Assembly: GCA_013540605.1 (NCBI GenBank)
Contig: JABVCK010000027.1
Span: 171,976 to 235,975, forward strand
Origin: Bacillota bacterium
GTDB lineage: Bacteria > Bacillota > Clostridia > Ch29
Direction: 5' to 3'
Length of the DNA stretch: 64,000 nucleotides
Positions 18,269-27,913 of the stretch are shown here, piece by piece. The position numbers were made by a program, and so were the translations under genes. The notes under the pieces were generated by a model. That model was not told the DNA's origin. It did not search any database and saw only the letters and a list, made by a program, of their open reading frames with translations. Each line of letters opens with the position of its first letter. Within the stretch, counting starts at the first letter, position 1.

Positions 18269-18518
18269 TAAATTTCATTAGCCAGGCCATTATATCCTGA
18301 AACACTGTGGTATTTAGCGAATATATTATATTTTGCCCCTTTCTCTCTACAAAGACGAGCTTGGCATCCTTAAGAATTTTCAGGTGGTGGGAAACGGTAG
18401 CATGCCTGGTAGCAAACTTATCCGCAATCTCTCCTGCCGTCATTTCCCCATCGCGAAGCATCATCAGTATCTCTCTCCTCGTTTTATCCGAAAGCGCCCT
18501 GAAGGTATCTCCAATCAA
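18261..18518 (-). CDS. sdpR: ArsR-family autorepressor (SdpR-like)
   Basis: FRALSD.TRREIL, SHHLKILK, YSLNTTVFQ; coupled to sdpI. Confidence 0.88.
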   Translation of the reverse strand: MIGDTFRALSDKTRREILMMLRDGEMTAGEIADKFATRHATVSHHLKILKDAKLVFVERKGQNIIYSLNTTVFQDIMAWLMKFND

Positions 18519-18532
18519 TATCCCACCTCGCT

Positions 18533-18588
18533 TATTTAGATATTTAGATTTATATCTAAATATTACTTGATAAAAGTGTTTTTGTCAA
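18533..18588 (-). promoter_or_regulatory. sdpR promoter and operator
   Basis: TTGACA-17-TAATAT; palindrome TATTTAGAT-N4-ATCTAAATA (18541-18562) plus an extra half-site. Confidence 0.75.
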
Positions 18589-18642
18589 TACCTGAAACTG
18601 ATTCAGGTTTTCCAAAAACATCCTCATTAATAAAAGTTTGGG

Positions 18643-19332
18643 TTAATCCTGTATTACGTGCTCTCTAAGCTTGTCTATTGTTGGGAAATAGTAATCCGCA
18701 TTCTCCATCATATAATTCCGTATCTTTTCAATGCTGTGGCTCCAGCCAGCTGCCGCAAACTCTACACCGCATCTTTTCGCCATCACCAAACCGGGTTTCA
18801 GGTCATCCACCACCAATACCTCGGATTTTTTTAACCCGTATCTTTTGATTATCTCATTCACAGGGTATGGATTGGGTTTCCTTTGGTGCGCTTCCAGTTC
18901 CCATCCAAATATAAGGTCCGGAATTATGCTACAGTGGGCCCTGTAATCCCGTTCTATCCGCTGGCTTTCAGAATGTGAAACCACCGTTATTATTCCACCC
19001 AATTTCCTGTACTCCGCAAGAAAATCGGTGAAACCGGGATAAAACTCGGGTACTTTCCGAGTATAATCAAGCCAAACCTTGTATTGGTATTCCTGCTCTT
19101 CATCGCTTAGCTTAAGAACATCTTTACATAGTTCTGAAAAGCCCGGTTCAAAGCAGTGCAGAATGAACTCTTCAAGATGAAACGGCTCCATATCAGGCCT
19201 TAAAACGCTCAAGGCTTTCACAAATGAAGGATAATGGATTTCCGGAGTACTTTTAACCGCCGTATCATCATGGTCCAGAACCAGACATCGGTATCTTATT
19301 CCCATATTGACCTCCCAAATACTCTTGCGCAA
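18643..19332 (-). CDS. HAD-family hydrolase
   Basis: LDHDDT, KPNP, VVDDLKPG motifs; true start probably ATG near 19305. Confidence 0.85.
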   Translation of the reverse strand: MRKSIWEVNMGIRYRCLVLDHDDTAVKSTPEIHYPSFVKALSVLRPDMEPFHLEEFILHCFEPGFSELCKDVLKLSDEEQEYQYKVWLDYTRKVPEFYPGFTDFLAEYRKLGGIITVVSHSESQRIERDYRAHCSIIPDLIFGWELEAHQRKPNPYPVNEIIKRYGLKKSEVLVVDDLKPGLVMAKRCGVEFAAAGWSHSIEKIRNYMMENADYYFPTIDKLREHVIQD

Positions 19333-19427
19333 ATTATCTTTTTACCCGTTTCCCGTCTCCAACAGCATCCCGTATTTCGGACAATGGCTTACTTCTGTCC
19401 TGAAGTCTAACCAATAATCGGACATTT

Positions 19428-19865
19428 TTACTCAAGGCCGAAGTGCTTTTCAAGATATACCGCTTCATCCACAAACCCATGCTTTCTATAGAACTCCTTT
19501 GCCTTCACGTTATCCGGCATGGTTGTAACTGAAATTTCGGCACAACCTGATTGTGCTGCTCTTTTGATTACCTCTTTTATCAACGCGCTCCCAACATCTT
19601 TGCCCCTAAACTGTTCTTCTACCACAAGTTCGTCTATGAGATATGAATTGGCTGCATGGTAGAGATTGGGCCTGACAGAGTAGCTGAGTAGGCCGACGCA
19701 CCGTCCGTCCGCTTCGGCCACAAGCAATCCGTTATTAACCTCTCCAAGATAGCCTGCCACATATTCATCTGTCAACGGGCTGGTTTCACCAATCTGCCCG
19801 GCCAGTTGACCAACCAATCCGACGATAGCAGCAGCATCCTCCGGTTTTGCTTCCCGTATTTTCAT
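19428..19865 (-). CDS. GNAT acetyltransferase
   Basis: IDELVV...RGK.VG..L and N..A..FY.K.GF motifs. Confidence 0.88.
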   Translation of the reverse strand: MKIREAKPEDAAAIVGLVGQLAGQIGETSPLTDEYVAGYLGEVNNGLLVAEADGRCVGLLSYSVRPNLYHAANSYLIDELVVEEQFRGKDVGSALIKEVIKRAAQSGCAEISVTTMPDNVKAKEFYRKHGFVDEAVYLEKHFGLE

Positions 19866-19889
19866 TCTTTTACACCTCCATGGTATCTA

Positions 19890-20198
19890 TCAGCCTATCC
19901 ACCGGTGGCGTTCCATGTTCACCCGCCCATGCCGGTCAAAAGTAACCCCTTCCCCCTCCAGCAGCGCCCTTTGAATATGGGCTCCCCCAAAGACGTAATC
20001 GGGCGCCATTTCTCCCAGCCTGTTAATTACCCTGTGGCAGGGTAGGTCAAGGTGCTCAGGTGCAGCTCGCATTGCCCAGCCCACCAGCCTTGCTCCCCTT
20101 GGTTTTCCCAGCATTTGCGCTATCTGGCCGTAGGTGGCTACCTTGCCCTCCGGTATACGGGCAACTATCTCATATACGCTGTGGAATGTACCATTCAT
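19890..20198 (-). CDS. MGMT-family alkylated-DNA repair protein
   Basis: IPEGKVATYGQIA, ARLVG, PCHRVI. Confidence 0.9.
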   Translation of the reverse strand: MNGTFHSVYEIVARIPEGKVATYGQIAQMLGKPRGARLVGWAMRAAPEHLDLPCHRVINRLGEMAPDYVFGGAHIQRALLEGEGVTFDRHGRVNMERHRWIG

Positions 20199-20233
20199 GA
20201 AACTTCCTCCCGTTCACTGTATCCATTTCAACC

Positions 20234-21322
20234 TTACCGGGTAGTTTCAATACCTAATAGCGCCCTTACCCAATCCCTTTTTTCCCATAGTGCGCATCCA
20301 CCTTCGCCCTCGCTTAGCTCCCTGTAATTCTGCCTTATTTTAAGCAGAAATTTGGACTGCAGCGCTTCCTTAAGGGTGCGGTTGGCCAGACTGGCATCCG
20401 AATACGGAGCAAATGGGCAGGGCTCCACATTCCCCCCCGGGCTTATATGAATAAAACCCCGTCCCGACGATAAGCAGCCGCCGAATTTCTGTTCATCACC
20501 GGGAAATGCAATGAACAGGCTGTTATATTGTTTTCTAAGAACGTCCAGTCTTCTAAGCAGCCCTTCCCTGTGTTCTACGGACACTACCATGGGTTCGGTT
20601 CCTTCTTTGACAGGTATATATTCCACAAAGAAAAACAATTTACATCCCATAGCAATAAGGTCTTTGATTAGCGCATCTCCGGTTACAGTATCATGGTTCA
20701 TTTCGGTTACTGTAAAGGAAACTCCCCAGAATATCCTGTCCCTGCTTAGTCTGCTGAACACTTCTCTTAATGTCTTAGCAACCCCTGATCCCCTTCTGGC
20801 ATCCGTATTCTCTTCAAGGCCCTCAATACTAATGACCGGAACGATATTCTTATACTTTTTCAGCTTGCTGCTAATCCCATCATCGATCAGCATACCGTTT
20901 GTAAACAGGGGAAAGATAATATGCGGGAAACTTCCGGCTACGTCCACAATCTCAGGTCTTGCCAATGGTTCTCCCCCGGCAATAAGAATTATGGAAATAC
21001 CAAGCTTGCCTGCTTCTGCGTATATATCTGCCAGTTTCTCGATTTGCATTTCCTCTTCCAAATCTCTGTTCTGGGCCATGGCATAGCATCCCTTGCACCT
21101 CAGGTTACATCTTTTTGTGATACTGGTAATCATGAACGCGGGCACATGTATTCCCCTGTCCTCCCAATTCATCCTCAATCCCGCCGCCCTTCTCTGCTCT
21201 CCAATTGTCCTGATAAGAAACGCGGCCTTTGAGGGTTCGCCCACAGTTATTTTCAAGGCCCTTTTAAAAAGCCCTGATATAGATTTATTCATTTCATTTA
21301 CGTACTGCAAATCCATGTCCAA
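20234..21322 (-). CDS. Radical SAM / SPASM-like protein
   Basis: CNLRCKGCY, GGEP, FTNG, GC.S.GRG..HI...G.VEPCPF. Confidence 0.9.
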   Translation of the reverse strand: MDMDLQYVNEMNKSISGLFKRALKITVGEPSKAAFLIRTIGEQRRAAGLRMNWEDRGIHVPAFMITSITKRCNLRCKGCYAMAQNRDLEEEMQIEKLADIYAEAGKLGISIILIAGGEPLARPEIVDVAGSFPHIIFPLFTNGMLIDDGISSKLKKYKNIVPVISIEGLEENTDARRGSGVAKTLREVFSRLSRDRIFWGVSFTVTEMNHDTVTGDALIKDLIAMGCKLFFFVEYIPVKEGTEPMVVSVEHREGLLRRLDVLRKQYNSLFIAFPGDEQKFGGCLSSGRGFIHISPGGNVEPCPFAPYSDASLANRTLKEALQSKFLLKIRQNYRELSEGEGGCALWEKRDWVRALLGIETTR

Positions 21323-21417
21323 AATACATTCCCCCAGTTAATTCTGTTCCCTGATTGGCTCTTATCAATTTGATGCTCAATTAAGTATAGTATAATATAT
21401 GTCAAGCGGAAATAACA

Positions 21418-21455
21418 ATGTCCTTCTCCCCTGTTTGAGAAGAAGGACATCGTTT
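21418..21455 (-). terminator. Terminator hairpin after the PRK06851-family gene
   Basis: ATGTCCTTCT / AGAAGGACAT stem. Confidence 0.55.
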
Positions 21456-22256
21456 TTAATTGTACCCGAGAATCCTTTCTATTGTTCTTTCTCTCAGTTT
21501 ATCTACTCCTTCAAAGTCCATGTTCGGCACATAATAGGTTTCCAGTTCGTCATGAACCGTCTTTGCTGCCAGAATTGAGTTAAGCGCCTCTTCAAGGAGA
21601 AGGTCAAAGGCTTCATAGTCCCTTTTAATAAGGTCCCCGACTTCATCCATATAATTCTCATCTAAGTATTCGTTCAGGTCGACTATCCTATCGGCATAGT
21701 CTTTCCCCTTGGAACTGCAGGTTACCGCTAATCCCAGTTCCTTTATAACTATGCTGTCAAGCTTTTGGGGTTTGAGAGGCGCGTGGAAATATTCTACGCA
21801 CAGACCCCTCTCCAACGCATGCAGCGCCAGTTTGTTCAGCATATTCGTCTTTCCGGTTCCCGGCCTGCCCTCGATGCAGAAAACTCTATCGACCTTATCC
21901 AGCACTGTATCAGAATAATCGACAAAGCCTCCTGGGGTATAGGCGCTCCCGAAAAGGTGTCTCTCTTTCCCGGGGCAGTCAGCCGCTGCCATACTCCCCA
22001 TCAATTCCTTTAAGAGCTTTTCTGTTATTATGTTGATTTTGCCAAAGTGCATCGCTGCAGTGGTCATATCTTCTATGTCATCCATTATCTCCTTTGCGGA
22101 AGTGAGGAATTTATATGCCCTTGCGAAGTGTTTTCCCACTTTTTTATTGCTTATAAGTATCTCGCTCTTGTTTTTTTCCATTGCATCGGTATCCCAGTAA
22201 TCCCCGAGGTGAAGAATTTCATCAACGCATCCCGGGTTCTTGGGGTCGACCACATG
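21456..22256 (-). pseudogene. 3' part of a PRK06851-family P-loop protein, interrupted by the integrated element
   Basis: Begins at the internal HVVDPKNPG.VDEI..LG.YWD motif; second Walker A G.PGTGKT present; N-terminal part absent. Confidence 0.78.
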
Positions 22257-22274
22257 CAGTGTTGTTTCCTCCTC

Positions 22275-23819
22275 TTAAATGCTCACCGCTATATCCGAGG
22301 GTATCCTCGCTTTAATAATAATCTTGTCCCTGTACACCACAACCTCCCTGACCACCGCCCTGATTATCTCATATTTATCGTCAAAAGTCAGTTCCCCTAT
22401 GGTTTTCTTCAACCTTCCCGAAATCTCCTCAAGGACCTCCCTGTCGTTCTCGGCAAGCCTGCTTTTGCCTATTTCAGTCTCCAGCGCAGCCATTTTGTCC
22501 TCCAGAATTCTCGACCGGGTTACGATATCCCTCATCCTCTTCTCCATCTCGTCCTCCGTAATAAACTCCTTCTGGAACATGGTTGCTACCCTGTCCTTCT
22601 CGGCAGCCAGCCTTCCGATATCCGCCCTGATTTCTTCGAGTTCCCTTTCCCTGGCCTTTATATCCTCCGGCCTGCTGTTCTCAAGCTCCTTCTGAAGCTC
22701 TTCCGGATTGTTTATCCACCTTAGTATATGATCCCACACCGCATCCTCTATCTCATCCGCTCTTATAAAGCCTAGTTCGCACTTCTCCCTTCCCGTTATC
22801 CCTGGTGAGCGGGCCGTACATACGTAGTACCTGTACTTCCTTCCGCCTTGCTGCGTAATCAGGTTTCCGTGAATGGTGCTCCCGCACAGGCCGCACGTAA
22901 TCATGGCGCTCAACAAATAGCAGGCCTTGCCGTAACTCCTCCACTTACGCCGCGCCTGCTTCATTATCTCCTGAACCTCATTCCATGTTTCCTCATCGAT
23001 GATGGCAGGCACTTCTATCGGCACCCACTCCTCCCTGGGCCTTTCAACTCTCTTGACCTTCTCTTCAGGGTCCTTATACTTGTTAAATTTCGTCTCTCTC
23101 GTATCATACCTCCTAATATACAGAACACCCTTATAAGCAGTATTAACCAGAATACGCTTTACAGTGTTCTTGTACCACATCTTGCTCCGGGGAGCCGGTA
23201 TACCCTTATCATTCAATCTTCTGGCTATGGAATGGGGACCCATATCCTCATCCAGGAGCATTCTGTACATCATCCGTACAATCTCTGCTTCCTTCTCATT
23301 TATACTCAGAATGTCCGTCTCCTTGTCAAAATCATACCCGTACAGCCCAGGGCTGTGCGTCAGCTTGCCCTGCGCCGCCTTGGCCCTCTTCCCCAGTTCG
23401 CTCCTCAGCTGCATCCTGGCCCTCTCGTACTCATCCACCGCCGCCATTATCGTTATCTGAAACCTTCCCTCGGGACTGTCCTCGTATGTATTTTTAACAA
23501 ATACCAGATGGACATTCGCTTTTTTTATTTCATCTATAATTATGAGCTGGTGCGCTGTATTTCTTGAAAGCCTGCTGGAATCCAGGCTTATAAAATAGTC
23601 AATATCCCCCTTGCCGATCCTGTCCAAGGCCTCCATCAGTTCCGGCCTTTCGAGTATGGAGCCGGAAACCCCCTCCTCGCAAAACTCCAGAACATCGTCC
23701 CTGCTGCACCCCAGTTCCAGCGCCTTCCTGTAACACTCATCTCTCTGTGCCTGTATGGAGAACCCTTTCTCGGCCTGTTCTTCCGTCGACACCCTTATGT
23801 ATATTACCGCCTTTTTCAT
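22275..23819 (-). CDS. Large serine recombinase (SpoIVCA/CisA-like)
   Basis: YIRVSTEEQ, G.SG...ERP, SRLSR, recombinase domain, C..CG...Y.C Zn ribbon, coiled coil. Confidence 0.95.
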   Translation of the reverse strand: MKKAVIYIRVSTEEQAEKGFSIQAQRDECYRKALELGCSRDDVLEFCEEGVSGSILERPELMEALDRIGKGDIDYFISLDSSRLSRNTAHQLIIIDEIKKANVHLVFVKNTYEDSPEGRFQITIMAAVDEYERARMQLRSELGKRAKAAQGKLTHSPGLYGYDFDKETDILSINEKEAEIVRMMYRMLLDEDMGPHSIARRLNDKGIPAPRSKMWYKNTVKRILVNTAYKGVLYIRRYDTRETKFNKYKDPEEKVKRVERPREEWVPIEVPAIIDEETWNEVQEIMKQARRKWRSYGKACYLLSAMITCGLCGSTIHGNLITQQGGRKYRYYVCTARSPGITGREKCELGFIRADEIEDAVWDHILRWINNPEELQKELENSRPEDIKARERELEEIRADIGRLAAEKDRVATMFQKEFITEDEMEKRMRDIVTRSRILEDKMAALETEIGKSRLAENDREVLEEISGRLKKTIGELTFDDKYEIIRAVVREVVVYRDKIIIKARIPSDIAVSI

Positions 23820-23943
23820 TGTGCACGACCTCGCCATAGCATTTTCTTATAATATAACGCAGAGCCTTTCTGTATGCATCCATTCTTTCCCGTTCGTTTC
23901 CCACTCTTTCCACCGATACAGTATATCTTCCCGGCTCTTTCAA
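23737..23943 (-). CDS. Small basic protein overlapping the recombinase start; candidate recombination directionality factor
   Basis: TTG start with strong RBS (GGAGGGGGAG); RDF role inferred from position only. Confidence 0.45.
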   Translation of the reverse strand: MKEPGRYTVSVERVGNERERMDAYRKALRYIIRKCYGEVVHNEKGGNIHKGVDGRTGRERVLHTGTER

Positions 23944-24031
23944 ACACTCCCCCTCCCTTCAAACCATATCATTAATATATATGAGCCTCACGCCTGTACC
24001 CTTGCCCTAAAAGATAAAAAAGAAATTCAAG

Positions 24032-24340
24032 CTATTCCTGTTTTAACACCAGCTTGCCTATTTCTCTCAATACCACCGCAACCGTCCTTGCATCCACATC
24101 CCCAAGCCCGCTTCTCATCTTCTCATAGTTATAAAACACATCGGACAGATCCGAAGACAACCCGGTCCCATAATCCCAGCCCGGCAGGCATACGAACCAA
24201 CCTCCGCTGTACTCTCCCAGGACAAGATGAATACCGGACCGGCTTTCTATATATACCTCATAAATCCCGTCCCGCTTTTCAAACCTTGTAACCTTTGCCT
24301 TCCACTGCTCTCCCTCATGTTTAACGGTAACCTCCAGCAC
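24032..24340 (-). CDS. Hypothetical protein (possibly DUF6618-like)
   Basis: 102-aa ORF, G.Y..G.F.CLP and LSDVFYN pattern. Confidence 0.55.
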   Translation of the reverse strand: MLEVTVKHEGEQWKAKVTRFEKRDGIYEVYIESRSGIHLVLGEYSGGWFVCLPGWDYGTGLSSDLSDVFYNYEKMRSGLGDVDARTVAVVLREIGKLVLKQE

Positions 24341-24515
24341 TCCATTTCACCACCCAACACTTTTTTATGTTTATATGCTCATAAAACACCATTAATGCCG
24401 GGATAAAAATAAAAAGGCCTTTAAGCCTTTTATTATTCTCAATCCTCCGACTTTTTTCCTTTACATTTTACCCGCTGCTCCGCAACCCCAAAATTGGGCG
24501 CACTTCACCCGTAAT

Positions 24516-25136
24516 TTATTTTTGCATGTTCGTTTCACCCCCTGCTTTCTTTTTTATCAATCTTAAATGTGTTTTTACAGAATTAATGCTTATATTCAAA
24601 GACTCTGCAATTTCCCGTCTTGTTTTCCTCTGCTGGTAAAGTCTATATACCTTCTCCTGCTGCGGGCTCAACCCCGGCGGTATCCCTTCCTTTTCCTTCT
24701 CCTTATACTTTTCTATCTTCCTTATAGCCTGTTTATATGCCCGGAACACCGTACTGGGTTCTAATTCCAGCATACTTGCAACCTCGGTACAGGAATGGTT
24801 CTGCCTTAGTCTTGCCACCTCCCGCTGTCTTTCTGTAAGTATCGAATTCTCCAGGTCATCCTTATTGAGGGCTCCGAATTCATACAGAGTTCTCTTTTTC
24901 AACTCCCTCACCGCTTCCGTAAGATCGCTTTTCATGCTGCCCAGAAGTTCCAGTTCTACTTCTTCCAATACCGTCCTGCCTTTAGCATCGTTTTGTCCTT
25001 TCAGACCGGTCCTATAGTCATCAACCTTCCTGCAGCTATCCTTGTATTCAACGTGCAGCTCAACCCAGGATGACCATTCCTGCCTGCTGCTTAACTCTCT
25101 CTTTTCGGCAACCTCACTCATGCCCAAACCTCCCAA
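24516..25136 (-). CDS. Sigma-70 region-4/LuxR-type double-HTH regulator
   Basis: LTERQREV...EVA..L...STV and LSPQQ...EIA..L.IS.NSVKTHL. Confidence 0.8.
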   Translation of the reverse strand: MGGLGMSEVAEKRELSSRQEWSSWVELHVEYKDSCRKVDDYRTGLKGQNDAKGRTVLEEVELELLGSMKSDLTEAVRELKKRTLYEFGALNKDDLENSILTERQREVARLRQNHSCTEVASMLELEPSTVFRAYKQAIRKIEKYKEKEKEGIPPGLSPQQEKVYRLYQQRKTRREIAESLNISINSVKTHLRLIKKKAGGETNMQK

Positions 25137-25159
25137 ATTGAATCTATTGACTTCTTTAA

Positions 25160-25399
25160 TTAGGCAACTTCGTCATCTATAAAAAGTTCAGCTATTTTTA
25201 GGATTTCTCCCTTCGTAAACTCCAAAACTTTGCATATGTTAATAAATTGCTCCAAAGTTACTTTAACTCTACCATTTTCTACATTGTAATAGCTGCTTTT
25301 ACTTTTATATCCCAGTTTTTCAGCCATATTTTGTAATGTTATACCTTTTTGAATTCTTTTGCTTTTTATTAACTCAATAAGATTTCTATACATATACAC
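25160..25399 (-). CDS. Cro-like XRE HTH regulator
   Basis: MAEKLGY.SKSSY.N.ENG; divergent from the repressor. Confidence 0.85.
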   Translation of the reverse strand: MYMYRNLIELIKSKRIQKGITLQNMAEKLGYKSKSSYYNVENGRVKVTLEQFINICKVLEFTKGEILKIAELFIDDEVA

Positions 25400-25410
25400 A
25401 CCTCTATAGT

Positions 25411-25502
25411 GTTCTAGTTTCTAGAACTTTATATTATAATTATAGTTCTATATATCAGAACTGTCAAGTCCATTTATGAAATTAATTCTAATTATACGAA
25501 CA
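25411..25502. promoter_or_regulatory. Divergent switch region with three GTTCT-N7-AGAAC-like operators and a leftward consensus promoter
   Basis: Operators at 25411-25427, 25445-25461 and about 25485-25501; TTGACA-17-TATAAT on minus strand at 25439-25467. Confidence 0.8.
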
Positions 25503-25573
25503 TTATTTAATTAATTATCTATAAATGGTAATATAAAATTAATAAGTTCTTGATTTTAGAACGGAGTGCTTCT

Positions 25574-25969
25574 ATGAATTTAGGTTATAGAATTAGACAG
25601 TTAAGAAAAGAAAATAATTTGACTCAAGAAAAATTCGGCAAACTATTTAATATTGCCAAAAATACTGTTTCTCAATATGAAAACGGTATTAGCACTCCTG
25701 ATATTCAAACTCAAAAAAAAATTTGCGAATACTTCAATATTTCCTTGGATTGGCTGCATGGCAGAACCAACATCCGTAACGAAGAAACCGTTCAAAACAT
25801 AAAAAACGCAATAGATGACAACCCTGAACTCCTGGAACTCTGGAACCGCCTTGTACAGCGGGAAGACCTGCAGTACATGTTCGAGCAGACAAAACGCCTT
25901 ACCCCTGAAAGCATCAGAAAAATTATCGAAGTAATAAAGCTTATAGAAGACGAGGAAAGCCAGGAATAG
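25574..25969 (+). CDS. ImmR/CI-like XRE repressor
   Basis: RIRQLRKE..LTQ..FG......TVSQYENG...PD, F.ISLDWL.GRT. Confidence 0.9.
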   Translation: MNLGYRIRQLRKENNLTQEKFGKLFNIAKNTVSQYENGISTPDIQTQKKICEYFNISLDWLHGRTNIRNEETVQNIKNAIDDNPELLELWNRLVQREDLQYMFEQTKRLTPESIRKIIEVIKLIEDEESQE

Positions 25970-26070
25970 CACAATACTTTAGGGGTAAACGAAGGCAAAT
26001 GTGTGTTCTGTGAGGAGGGAGTAAAATAATTACTGGCAATGCGGAGCTATACAAGCTCCTGGAACACATA

Positions 26071-26298
26071 ATGAGCAAGGAATCCAGTTTAAAGAAAGAT
26101 CTAACCAAATACGATATCAATATCTTATTTGAAGACTTGAGATCGCAAGTAAGGGCTATGGTGTACACATCATCCTGGGGAAAACGTTACATTATAATAA
26201 ATTCCGCAATAACATACGATCGATTGCAGCATCTATTTTTACACGAACTAACACATATCCTGAACGATTTCCCAAAACACGGACATATAATATTTTAA
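26071..26298 (+). CDS. ImmA/IrrE-like metallopeptidase (short, possibly truncated)
   Basis: YIIINS...FLHELTHI (HExxH) directly after the repressor. Confidence 0.6.
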   Translation: MSKESSLKKDLTKYDINILFEDLRSQVRAMVYTSSWGKRYIIINSAITYDRLQHLFLHELTHILNDFPKHGHIIF

Positions 26299-26838
26299 TA
26301 TAAAGTACAGGCACAAAAAATAAGCGTACACATTTGCCGGAAAACTGACAGCAGTCTATGGGAAATGAGATAGACAAGCTGTTCCGGATTATAAAGGGGT
26401 ATCTTTTTATAATAGAACTCCTAAAATTTTAAGCCTATTGCAGTAATATTTCCCATAACTAGCATATCACGGCTTATCTAATATGTATTGTCAATAATGC
26501 GAAGAGACAAAGCTACAATAGATAACAAAAAATCAATAATTTGTCTATGCTAGCAATACTCTTTAAGCACTACTCTCTTTACACTAGTAAAAGTATATTC
26601 CAGACTACTTTCTAAGCATATATATTTAGAGAATTTTAACGGCCCATAAGAACAAAGCGAATGTATTTACAGTTATGAAAAGCTTCATCTATAGACCGGT
26701 ATTCCCGAACAATAGATTCGCAAACACCGGAACATTTCCGGTATTCCCGAACTACTTACTTCGGGGTTATAGAAGTTATCTGAAAGCTACCCAAAACCCT
26801 ATAAAAACTTTGTGAAAGATATTTTAGGAGAAACTTAT

Positions 26839-27660
26839 ATGAGTTATTATGGGTGGACAGGCTGTCCTATAATTGTCAAAACACAAATACAACGTTTCCT
26901 AAGTATTGCTCAGAGTGCATTATCCGATAATCTAGTAGGTGTTTACCTGCATGGTTCTCTAGCTATGGGGTGCTTTAACCCAGAGCTAAGTGATATTGAT
27001 ATTCTGGTTGCAATGCGAGAGAGTATATCTGTTGAAACAAAACGTAATATTATTCAAGAGTTGTTATATCTGTCTCGCGTTCCTAACCCTATTGAAGTAA
27101 GTTTTTTAAGCAGAGATAATCTTAAACTATGGAGGTATCCAACGCCATATGATTTGCATTACAGTGAATTGTGGCGAGAAAAGTACAACAGTCAACTGTT
27201 AAATGATGAATGGAAAGATTGGAACAAAAGAACAAATAAAGATCCAGATTTAGCAGCTCATATTACTATTGTATTACATAGAGGAATTTGCCTTTATGGT
27301 AGTCCAGTAGAAACAGTTTTTCCAAATGTTCCGAGTGAACATTATCAGGCATCTATATTACTCGACTATGAAGATGCTCGCAAAAGAATTATTGAGAATC
27401 CTATATATGGTGTTTTAAATCTCTGTCGTGTGTACTGGTACCTTCTTGAAAACTGTATCTGCTCAAAAGAAGAAGCAGGAGTATGGGCAGTCAATTTTCT
27501 ACCTGAAGAATTCAGAGTACTCGTTACACAGATATTGGAGGTTTATCAAGGGAGTAATAAACAGGAACAGTTTAGTAATATGATATTGAAGAGATTTGCA
27601 AGTTATATAGATAGAGAGATTAGAAGATTAATCAATAAAGAGGGGGCAGCCATCAGATAA
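26839..27660 (+). CDS. Aminoglycoside nucleotidyltransferase-like protein (AadA/ANT(9)-like, DUF4111 C-terminus)
   Basis: GVYLHGSLAMG.F....SDIDI, DPDLAAH, YGVLNLCR, SKEEAG.W; substrate not determinable from sequence. Confidence 0.85.
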   Translation: MSYYGWTGCPIIVKTQIQRFLSIAQSALSDNLVGVYLHGSLAMGCFNPELSDIDILVAMRESISVETKRNIIQELLYLSRVPNPIEVSFLSRDNLKLWRYPTPYDLHYSELWREKYNSQLLNDEWKDWNKRTNKDPDLAAHITIVLHRGICLYGSPVETVFPNVPSEHYQASILLDYEDARKRIIENPIYGVLNLCRVYWYLLENCICSKEEAGVWAVNFLPEEFRVLVTQILEVYQGSNKQEQFSNMILKRFASYIDREIRRLINKEGAAIR

Positions 27661-27781
27661 CACATTAGAGATTTATGATGTTGGCAGGATATAAAACAAA
27701 AATGACCCTGCTGAGTATATATCAGCAAGGCCATCTAAATTTCACAAGATTATCTCAAACATCATGAATCTCCTGTTGTAC
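27648..27781 (+). other. attC-like recombination site
   Basis: Inverse core AGCCATCAGATAAC, 14/15 inverted repeat (27668-27682 / 27758-27772), inner hairpin, core GTTGTAC. Confidence 0.55.
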
Positions 27782-27913
27782 TGAACCGTCTGCCACACAG
27801 GGTTAGCTATGGGGGATCAATTTTCACCATAACCACAGAAACTGCCAAATGACAGTATACAGAATAGCCGACATGCCTAATATAAGGCTGATAACACAGC
27901 AAAAAGTGCAAAA

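Noticed and set aside
23960-24400. Mother-cell sigma-E/K promoters (CATATA-type -10) upstream of the RDF-like and hypothetical genes
   Set aside because: -10-like motifs exist but -35 elements and spacing fit poorly; not used as evidence
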